A stretch of DNA of 64,000 nt from Eledone cirrhosa (taxonomy: Eukaryota): assembly GCA_964016885.1 (NCBI GenBank), contig OZ024741.1, positions 194,494,001-194,558,000 on the forward strand, in the 5' to 3' direction. The translations under genes were made by a program, and so were the position numbers. The notes under the pieces were generated by a model. The model saw only the letters and a program-made list of their open reading frames with translations, did not search any database and was not told where the DNA came from. Position 1 is the stretch's first letter. Every line of letters starts with the position of its first letter. Positions 12,501 through 23,086 of this stretch are shown here, piece by piece.

Positions 12501-13976
12501 CAGTGTAATATATGGGTACACAAGAACTAGTGGAATTGTGAGCAGTCTAACAGACAGTAGAGTTTTTATGTAGCAATTGTATAAAAGTAGTTAGCAGTAA
12601 AAGCACCAGTGAAATAAAGTTTTTCCAATTCAAGTAAAGTTTCATAGATGTAGTTGATAGCTTCTTTTACTTAGATAACCTAATTAGCAGTGGAGAAGTT
12701 TGCTCTGAAAGTATAAGATCAGAGTGGGAAGTGTTCAGGGAGCTATTGCTCCTGTTGTCAACAAAGGGATTCTCTCTTTGTGAAAAAGCTAGATTGTATG
12801 ATGCAATGTTGATTGATAAAATAAAGTACCAGTAAAATAGTGGAGTACTTCAATTATTATTGCCAATACTGTTGAAATGAACCACTGATTAATACCAGTT
12901 GATATTGTGAGTTTCAATCATTTTCATTCATGACAAGCCTGTCACCAGGCTTTGATACTCTTAGGTTGGGTTCAGAATATTTTGGGTAGACATTCTAATT
13001 CTCAATAATTCTAAGGCAATGTTTTAGAATAAACATATCACTAAATCTTAGGGCACATCATTGAAAAGGGGAGGGGGATCAGTGCCATTCACTGTGATTA
13101 AGAAAATGTTTCCCTTGCAACTAAGTGGTATTAGATTCTATTCCACTGTACATCACCTCCAGCTAGTGCCTTCTACCATAGCTCCAGAGCAACCAAATGA
13201 CTGCTTTTCATCTTGTTCTAGATTTAATCTGTCACCTGATTTATCATCATGGCAGTTAATTTGGCAGAGTTGTTGGACTATTGGATATATGTTCTAGATT
13301 TCTATATTCTGAGTTCAAATCTCAATGTGGTCCACTCTACCTTTCACTCTTTTGAAGTCAATAAAGAAAATACCAGTTCAGTGGTAATACAGTCCCCTTT
13401 TTCTTTCCACTTATCACATGTACTTCCCTGACATTTGTGTATTATTCTATGTACTATACATACACCTTTGACGAGTTGTAGTGCACCTGAGCACTTTACA
13501 CAATAATTTCATTATTATATTATTATTATTATTATCCTGGGTGTTTTGCTGGATCAAAGGACAGGGAGTCAAGATGGTGCCTGTGTCAGTTTGTGATTAC
13601 ATGGAAACCTAAAACCCTTAGTGAAAGCATGGTACATGCTACTAAGCCATAATCAATTGTGAGTGATGGCTGTTGTAGTAGCTTTAACACCACCATATGC
13701 CCCTTGGGTACCTTTAGTGGAGTCTACTCTATTGTCTGAGAAAAACTTCCTGTCACGACTCTGAGGGTCCTTGAAAAATTCTAAGCCACAGCCATTCTCC
13801 CTCTCTAAACCATAACAAAAAATTGATGCTTCCTACCTGCGAAAATAAACCATAATCACCACCACTATTATCACCATTGTTATCATTATCGCCATCATTA
13901 CTTTCATCATCATCATCATCACCACCATCACTACCACCGTCATCACTATCACTTTTCATTCTTTTTTATTCTTCAG

Positions 13977-14057
13977 CCGAGAAGATTTTCTCAGGATTCC
14001 TGAACTTGCCATAAACCCACTTGGAGACAGGATTGTTCACTCATTTTTTCAGGAAAG
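13977..14057 (+). CDS. CHP1: CHP1-like coding exon 3
   Basis: cttcag|...|gtgagt, 81 bp. Encodes REDFLRIPELAINPLGDRIVHSFFQE(S); phase is compatible with the neighbouring exons. Confidence 0.97.
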
Positions 14058-14778
14058 GTGAGTATGTGTGTGTGTGTATACAGTAAGGGAAGGAGGGGTT
14101 GATAGATCTCATGACATTCACATGCACACACGCAGACATACACGCACAAATATTGGTTTAGATTTGTTTAAGCAATTGATAATCCAGAAACTTGGTGGGG
14201 TTGCTGGTTTATTTGCTGACAATCCGACAGGTTGTACTGAGCTACATGTTACCATTAACACTCATGAGTGACCTATAAAAAGATTTTCTGTTTTTTCCCT
14301 TTTTAGCCTCATCTATCTTTCTATTTCTCTTATCTCTCATTCTATTTTCTTATGAATGTCCAACGTTCAAAACATTAAGCCTCTTTTCCTACTATATCTA
14401 GCTTTAAACTAATATATATCATCACTGTATTGCATCGTTCTTCTGTGTTGTTTTTCATTGACTTTTTGTACATACACACACACTCACATGGAAATACACA
14501 CACACATGTATACATACAAGCATCCGCTGTGCTATGGAATCTTTGTTGAATTCCATGCTTTCAGAAATTGTAAAGTGTGATCACTAATTCCAAAATGTAA
14601 CTTTGTGGTTTGATGAAACAAATACTAGATTGAAATAAGTATTAGTACCAATATTTATCTACTAAAAACCCATAAAGTCAGTCCCCTAGCATAGTCACAG
14701 TAAACAGTAAAAGAGTAACTAAGTTTAATTCCATTCAGTTATGTAATCTAATATAACTATGGCCCTTTGTGTTTTCAG

Positions 14779-14891
14779 TAATGAAGAAACAGTAAACTTT
14801 CGACAGTTTATGCGTGTTTTGGCCAGATTCCGACCTACAAAGACAAAATTGGAGAGAAACAAACTCAATTCAAGGGAGGAGAAGTTAAGAT
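14779..14891 (+). CDS. CHP1: CHP1-like coding exon 4
   Basis: tttcag|...|gtgagt, 113 bp. Encodes NEETVNFRQFMRVLARFRPTKTKLERNKLNSREEKLR(F). Confidence 0.96.
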
Positions 14892-15874
14892 GTGAGTTTT
14901 TTTTGTTTCTATTGTAATATGAAACTAGATTGAAATGGCAGGTTGTTTATTGAAACTTGAACCTAAAATAAGTTAATATTAACTCTGTTTTTTTTTGTTT
15001 TCTTTTGTAAAAAGAATTATGTTATGTACATTGATTTTGAACTAATATTACACATATGCAACATGCTTATAGCTATGAACTGGGATTAAATTTAGATGGG
15101 AATATGATATACTACTTGATAGCTTGCTATGTAACATTGTGATACAGGCAGTATCTGACTGCTACACATCAATGTAATATGTGGCAGTGTCTTACTAGTA
15201 CATAACAGTTTTGTATGTGCATGTGTGTGGGTCAGCTCATGATCAAAAGGACATGAATTCCCAGACCCAGTGGTATGTTGTGTTCTTGTGCAAGATACTT
15301 TATTTCACGTTGATCTAGTTCACTCAGCTGTAATAAATTATGATGACACTGGTGCCAAGCTGTATCAGCCTTTGATCTTCTCTTGGACAACATTGGTGGT
15401 GTGGAGATGAGAAACTTCCATGCATGGGCAATTGCCAGTCTTCCACAAAAAAGACCTTTCCCAGGCTTGCACACTGGAGAACAACTTTTCAAGTACAAAC
15501 CCATGGTCAGTCAGGATTGATGGGAGTCTTTTAAGTATGTGGTGATGTCTAATTGTTACATAGTTGTGTGATATGTATTAGTTTCCTGATTGCTGCATAG
15601 CAAAGTAATATTGATAGTGTCCAAGGCTGCATGTATGGTAGTGTGCTACATGATATATCTAGTTGTATTTCAGTATTTTCATTTACAATTTAGGGATGAA
15701 GTTTGATGATCTACAAATGTCCATCCTAGAAAGCTGTAGGTCATCTACCTGATATCCATCTACAGTCATCCAGTCTAGATATTTGTAGGTTGATGCCTGT
15801 GTCTGCAGTGCTTGAGAATACAAGCAATGGTTTGGGATGAATGAATGTATCAGAGTGAACTAGAATCAGGTTGT

Positions 15875-15924
15875 GTGTTAAACCTACCCCTCCAGTTAAT
15901 TAACTGGAGGGGTAGGTTTAACAC
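15875..15924. repeat. Perfect 50-bp palindrome centred on TTAATTAA
   Basis: GTGTTAAACCTACCCCTCCAGTTAA|TTAACTGGAGGGGTAGGTTTAACAC, checked base by base. Confidence 0.97.
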
Positions 15925-17093
15925 CAAGTGGTGGTATTAAACAAGATGAAGTGTTAACTCTTAATATCCTGTACCACATTAACAAGACATTCTTGAAAAA
16001 TCCAAAACAGCATTGTGTTTGCATCACATTAAAAATCAAAATCTTTATTTTTTCAGCAATCTATCCACTAGTAACAATATTAGAAACATTTGAATTAACA
16101 AACCTGTTTTCAGATATTTTCTGCTAAACCATTACAAAACCTATTTGGGCACATTAAAAATATTTTTACTCTCTCCAGCCATCATTTTCAAAAGTCTATA
16201 AATTCCAGAAATATTTAATTACTAGTGAATTAGGGCTATCAATAATGATGGCACTTGTCCATGATTGATATGCCATATATACTAGGGTTACTGGGTATAC
16301 GAACAATCATACAAACTGGGAAATTTGCATCTGATACATTGTCACTTTGTATAAGAGAAATATTATAATTTGTGGTGTTTACTGAATGATAAAAATGATA
16401 CTTTAATAATATATTTCTAAAATATAATTACATAAATGTGCAGCATATACATACAAAAGACATACAGGAATGTATGAATAACTTTGGAGAAATAACTATT
16501 TACAGGGTTAGATGTAGGATTAAAACCTTGTGATTGGAAAGCAAAATTCTTATTGTGTGTGATAGTGTGTGTAAAATTTAAAGAGTTACAGACATATATG
16601 TATGTATATACATATATGCAGACATATATGTGTGTATATACATATATGCAACTGTGTGTACATTATATGCATATATATGCAAGTAAATGCATGTGTATGT
16701 ATACATTTGTGCTAGCACTTGCAAACACGTGCATTTACATGAGTACATGCATATATGTATACATGGTTTTATATACTATATCCTCATTTACACATGCTTC
16801 CACACTAGTCAGTGCATACTTATGTACGAGCCTAAATCCTATAATACTACTTTTAATGTTATCATTATTATTATCTTCAGTTTTATTTTGTTTAATATTT
16901 TTACTTTTATTTACATCATTTTCCAATACATGGCAGCTGGAAATCATTCAGCTATTCCAAATAGAATATTAGTCTAATAATCTTTTCATAGCAAGAAATT
17001 GTTCTGCTTGCTCCACATAATAACATAATTATTCCTGCATATTTTTTGCCCATCGCCAGAGAATGTCTTCACGAATCACCATTATGTCTTCCT

Positions 17094-18283
17094 TGTTGTA
17101 GATCTTGGCAGCAATAGGCATAATCCTCAACCATATAGTTCCATATGTTGATCCAATCCTTCGCCTCAACCAAAACGGTTTTAGGCGTGGTAGATCTACA
17201 CTTGCACAGATTTTAGCCTTGAAAAGAGTAGTGGAAGAGATGAGAAACTCCAACAGACAAATGGCTCTAGTTTTTGTTGACTTTAGAAAAGCTTTTGACA
17301 GCATAAACATTCTGTTTGAAATTCTACCCTTGTATGGCATCCCAGCAAGACTTGTGGAAGCAATTAAGGCTCTGTATCTCAACACAAGTACCACTATCAT
17401 CACTCCTGATGACCCAACAGAGTTCTTTGACATCTCAGCAGGAGTCCTGCAGGGTGACACTCTTGTCCCATTCCTCTTTATCATTGCACTAGACTACGCC
17501 CTGAGACTCTCAATTGAACTATCAAACCCTGCATGAGCTCTAGGCATCCCTCTAAACATCTCACGGACCTTGACTTTGCAGATGACATTGCACTTCTTAC
17601 AGATTGCCTAGAAAATGTGCAGCAGCCACCCTTGTTGGCCTTCATTTTAATGAGGGTAAAACAGAGTATGTATCAAATTGTACAGGCAACAACATCAAAG
17701 CAATCAACGGCAGTGATATCAAGCAAGTCGAGGATTTTAAGTATTTTGGGTCCTGAATCATGGACACTGAGAAGGATTTCGCCACCAGAAAGGCCTAGGC
17801 GTGGTCAGCTTGCAACAAGATGGATCAAGTTTGGTGCTCAAATCTTTCCAACCACACCAAAATCAGACTCTTCCAAGTAACAATTCAACCAATCTTGCTA
17901 TATGGAAGTGAAACATGGACGCTTTCATTCAAACAAAAACGCCTTGATGGCACCTACACTCGCCTACTTCGATACATTCAGAACATAAGCTGGCAAAATC
18001 TGACTTTGAGAGAGATATATGCCGGCCTTCCAAACATGTTGTATGTAAAAGGAGAGTAAGATTTGCTGGCCACTGCCATCGTGCCACCTATGAGGCTGTG
18101 TCCTCATTAGTGCTTTGGAAACCACAAGCAGTCACTAATAACAGGGGGTGCAAGCTTTCCTATCCTGATGTCATCTCCAGAGATTCTGGTATTGAAATCC
18201 AGTTGGCAACGGCAATGAACGACAGACCCACGTGGAGAGCAATTGTTGAGTTGATTTCGGCTGAGGCCACCAAATGATGATGT
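17094..18283 (+). mobile_element. 5'-truncated RTE-like LINE (RT domain, frameshifted) with a short 5' inversion
   Basis: QNGFRRGRST, FVDFRKAFDSI, GVLQGDTL.PFLF, LDFADDIALL and LLYGSETWTL motifs. It has an (ATG)n tail and a TSD ATGTCTTCCT at 17084-17093 and 18280-18289. Confidence 0.92.
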
Positions 18284-18482
18284 CTTCCTGTTTTCTTTTG
18301 GTTGTAACGTTACTTCAGCGTCTACAGATTGATTTTTCTTAGTTTCAGAAGATCCCATATAGGGTGAAAGCAGAAATTCTTTGCTTAAACTTTAATCTGA
18401 ACTAATAATAAATAAATAAATAAATATATATAATTCAAACACACATAGCCTATTATTATAGTTGACATATCTTTTCTTCCAG

Positions 18483-18586
18483 TTGCATTCAAAATGTATG
18501 ATTTAGATGGTGACAGCAAAATTTCACGGGAAGAACTTTTGGCAGTGTTACACATGATGGTAGGAACTAACATCTCAGAAGATCAG
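18483..18586 (+). CDS. CHP1: CHP1-like coding exon 5 (EF-hand 3)
   Basis: ttccag|...|gtaaga, 104 bp. Encodes (F)AFKMYDLDGDSKISREELLAVLHMMVGTNISEDQ. Confidence 0.97.
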
Positions 18587-18980
18587 GTAAGACTTTTGTT
18601 GTTAGGCTCAACAATTAGATTTATAAACTGTTCAAATAATGGTCTACAGGTAATAGGTTGCTGTATCACTACATTATATGATAAGTATTGTTGACAAATC
18701 CTACTTGTGAATGTTAGGTTTTCTACTAACATTCTAGCACTCAGGTCATTAAAGCATAGGACCAAAAACCTTATGGTGTCTGTACCAACTCTATTTTCTG
18801 AATTATTGGGATTCAATTCATCACCCAAGTCAACACCATTACCTGGCTCATTGGTTGCCTTTAGAGAAGTTCACTCTGTTGCATATATTCAGTACAGGTC
18901 TCCTGTTTGAGGATAACTTCACCAGTCTCAGAGGTCTTGAAAAAATAAAGTGTCATAGGTGCTGAACTTCCCTTCCTGAT

Positions 18981-19202
18981 TTAACCCTTTTCATACCAAA
19001 CCACCTAAAACCATCCCTGATTCTACAATATTAAGCTGCTTATTTTAAAGTGTATAAAAGGTTTCCATCATTATTTTTATGGAAGACATTTGTGCTCCAA
19101 ACACCAAGTTAATAAATGAGAAAGTTCATTATATTACTAAATCTAAATTATTTGCAAATCAAACTGTATCTTTCAATAGAAATACAGCAATGAAAGGGTT
19201 AA
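18981..19202. mobile_element. MITE-like element with TTAACCCTTT...AAAGGGTTAA termini
   Basis: Terminal inverted repeats. Related copies lie at 19719-19983 and about 3503-3700. Confidence 0.7.
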
Positions 19203-19718
19203 GCAGCAAAAAAAAAAAAAAAAAAAAAAGAGTGAGAGAAAGAAAAATCGCATTTGGATTAATTCAAATGTTATTGTTTGATTAGTATTCTATTTTGAGA
19301 TATCCCATCTTCATTGTATTGTGTGTGTGTTTTTTTTATTTATTAAAATTTAAATCTTCAAACCTGGTTCTTGTTTTAAAAATGGCCAGAATTTTGTAGA
19401 AGGAGATGTGGGCCTATATAAGACATGTAAAAGTCTCTCATTTGTACAACAATACAACAATCTCAATACATGCTGTAAAATGGTTGGTGATAAGGACATC
19501 CTGTCATATAAGCTATTTCAAAAAATATATGACATTCAAAACAAAAGTTGATGGTTTTCTGTGGTTGTGGGATTGTGGTGTATGAGATGATAAAGGAAGG
19601 CTTGTAGCAAGCAGTAAGACACTGTGTTTAGGTCGACCTGTTGAGCCCATAACTGCATGGAAAAACAATGGGGAGAAACACAGAGATTGGGATGAAATAT
19701 AGAAGGAGAAGGATGTTT

Positions 19719-19983
19719 TTAACCCTTTTAATACCAAGCTGCTTGAAACCATCCTGGTTTTATGATACAAAACTTACCATTTTACAAAAATTCCTGTTTA
19801 TATTAAAACCTTCCATCAAAATTTTAAAAACAAACTTTTGTTAAGTAATGTTCCCAACATCAGCTTAATAATGAAAAGGTTAATTATTTTATTAATTTCC
19901 TCCAAATTTTTTAATGATTTTGAAAATTAATAGAAACACATTGGTAGTGTATTTCATTAGAAATACAGTAGTGAAGAGGTTAA
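19719..19983. mobile_element. Second copy of the TTAACCCTTT MITE-like family
   Basis: TTAACCCTTTTAATACC...GAAGAGGTTAA; the interior is similar to 18981-19202. Confidence 0.65.
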
Positions 19984-20471
19984 TAAACTGTTTTCTGTGT
20001 GTTATTATAATAACTGTTTCTACTTTTGGCACAAGGCCAGCAAATACCCAGTGCATTACTGGTACTTTATTTTATCGACCCTGTAAGGATGAAAGGCAAA
20101 GTTAACCTCGAATCAGACCGTAAAGGGACATAACTATGCTAGAAAGCATGGCGTCCAACCCTCTACCGATACTGCCCATTCACTGCCCTTATTCACCGTG
20201 TGTTATTATAATAATAACTTCTAATTTTGGCACAAAGACAGTAATTTTGTTGGGAGGGTAATGTTGATTCTATTGTTCTCAGTAATTGACTGGTACTTTT
20301 TTATGAACCTTGAAAGGATGGAAGTTAAAAATTAACATTGGCAAGATTTGATCTCAGAATCAAAAGGCTGTAACTAAATAATACAAAGTATTTTGCCAAC
20401 CCACTTCCCTTATATGTGATTGTAATAATGATAATTGAATTTCCCTTCTCTTCCTCCTCCTTTTCTTTTAG

Positions 20472-20552
20472 CTGGAAAGTATTGCAGACAGAACAATAGC
20501 TGAAGCTGACACTGATGGAGATAGACATATCTCTTTCTCAGAATTTCAAACA
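20472..20552 (+). CDS. CHP1: CHP1-like coding exon 6 (EF-hand 4)
   Basis: ttttag|...|gtaagt, 81 bp. Encodes LESIADRTIAEADTDGDRHISFSEFQT. Confidence 0.97.
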
Positions 20553-21041
20553 GTAAGTTATATTGTTTATTTGTTTTATGCCTGTGTATATGAGGGCTGG
20601 TGGTGACACCTAGATAGAGAGGTATACTTGTGTATGTGTTAGATGTTTGAAAGGTGGTGACACCTAGATAGAGAGAGATACTTGTGTATGTGTTAGATGT
20701 TTGAAAGGCGATGGCATCTACATAGACAGATATGTAGGTGTATGGGTGTGTGTGTGTGTTTTGAAGATAAGGTGACTTGATGTGTGTGTAAAAGAAAGAT
20801 GGAAGTCATCCTCATCTTTCTGATACCTTCAAACATACTGTGTTATTCAGTCTTCATAATCATCATCATTTTATATCTACCTTCCATGTTGACATGGATT
20901 ATCATGGTCAGAAACTAGACAGGTTAAAAATGCATTCCACATTTGGCAAGGTTTCTATGACAGGATTCTCTTCCTAACACCAGCCACTTTACTGAGTATA
21001 CAGGTGGATTCTATTATAGCATCAGCACTACTACTTTACCG

Positions 21042-21590
21042 AGTGTACTGGGTACATTTTATTGCGGCACTAGCACTACAACTTGATAAAATGTACTGGG
21101 TACATTTTATTGTGGCACAGCACTACCACTTGATAGTGTACTGGGTACATTTTATTGTGGCACCAGCACTACCATTTGATAGTGTACTGGGTACATTTTA
21201 TTGTGGCACCAGCACTACCACTTTATAGTGTACTGGGTACATTTTATTGTGGCACCAGCACTACCACTTGATAGTGTACTGGGTACATTTTATTGTGGCA
21301 CCAGCACTACCACTTGATAGTGTACTGGGTACATTTTATTGTGGCACCAGCATTACCACTTGATAGTGTACTGGGTGCATTTTATTGTGGCACCAGCACT
21401 ACCACTTTATAGTGTACTGGGTACATTTTATTGTGGCACCAGCACTACCACTTGATAGTGTACTGGGTACATTTTATTGTGGCACCAGGACTACCACTTG
21501 ATAGTGTACTGGGTGCATTTTATTGTGGCACCAGGACTACCACTTGATAGTGTGTACTGGGTACATTTTATTGTGGCACCAGCACTAGAG
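21042..21590. repeat. 46-bp minisatellite (AGTGTACTGGGTACATTTTATTGTGGCACCAGCACTACCACTTGAT), about 12 copies, inside a minus-strand SINE (about 20860-21625)
   Basis: Units start at 21135, 21181, 21227 and onward to 21503. The flanks are family-B SINE sequence. Confidence 0.93.
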
Positions 21591-23032
21591 GCTGTCATAT
21601 GTACAGCCAGACTAAAGAAGCTTCTCTACTCTGTATTGTGTCTGTTTAATTTCCCACCCTTGTTACTGAGGCCCTCTCATCCCCTGCAAAGAGCCCTTTG
21701 TGCTCCATGTAACCTATCTTTTACCATATTCTCTTTTATTGTCGCAGTACTTGTACTGGAGATGGATTGGATCTTTTTTAGTACAGCAAATCACCAGTTC
21801 AATCATTATTATATCTTGCTCCACTTTATTGCACCAACTTATAACCCTCCCACTCCAATATATATTTATGTTTCTTTCTCATCTCACTCTCCTATCTTTC
21901 TATTTCTTATTATTTTGAGGTTAACTTTGCCTTTCATCCTTATGGGGTCGATAAAATAAAGTACCAGTAATACACTGGTTAATTGCTGGCCTTGTGCCAA
22001 AAGTAGAAACAATTATTATTTCTCGCTTTATCTTTTGATAAAGGACTAGCATTCGAAAAATTTACTCTTTTCCTACTATATCAAATGTTAAACTAATATA
22101 CCTTCATTGTTCTGTATTGTTTGCTTTGTTGTTTTCTGTTTACTTTTTGCATACATGTATGCAATATATCATCATCATCATTTTATGTCAGTTTTTCCAT
22201 GCTAGCATGGGTTAGATGTCTTGTTGTGGGCAATGCTAGATCAGATGACCATGTCTTGCACATACAAAACTGGTTTTCGCTTGATTTCTACAGCTGGATG
22301 CCCTTCTTAACACCAACCTCATTTACAATGAGTACTGGGTGCTTTTTTTTTGTCATTTCACCAGCACAACCACTTTATAATGTGGGCTGGGTGCTTTTTG
22401 TCGTGACACCTACACAACCACTTAATAATGTGGGCTGGCGGCATTTTGCCGTGTCGCCATCACAACCACTTTACAGTTAGGAGTGGAAGCTTCACTGTAT
22501 ACTTCAGCTTGTCCTCATGGGAGATGTATGGGGATATCATTTTGTCCATATGTATAAATAGTTACCTTGTTGGTAGATTTACACATGCATGCAATAGTAT
22601 TATTTTACATTTTTTATTGCACCATGCTGGATCAATGAGAGATGACAAAATTTCCCTCAACAAGTATTTATATTATTCTTATACCTTACAGAATCCTCTC
22701 CAATGACGAACTGTCCTGGTAATGATGGCCATATCGATCTATTAGAATGGTCAGATTTAACTTTTCAGTTCAGAAACTGCAATCAAACTGCAGTCAGGGA
22801 TTTTTAGTCAGGCTTCCTACATTTAGGTTGCTTGACTGTGAGTATATTTCTAGGGAATGATGCTTGTGGAGTGTTCTTTTTAGTATTTTACTGTGATCTA
22901 CCCTTCAGTGATTTTGTATAAGATTTTCTCTCTCGCTCTCTGCTACTACCTTATCATCTCCATCTTATCTTGCTACACTCTTCCCTACCATCACTCTCTA
23001 TATTGTTTATCTATTTTCTTCTTTCTCTCCAG

Positions 23033-23086
23033 GTAATGGAATTAGTGGATGTTGAACAGAAGATGAGTATACGATTTCTGCACTGA
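23033..23086 (+). CDS. CHP1: CHP1-like terminal coding exon
   Basis: Long pyrimidine tract and ctccag|. Encodes VMELVDVEQKMSIRFLH*, the diagnostic CHP1 C-terminus. Confidence 0.97.
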   Translation, partial: VMELVDVEQKMSIRFLH

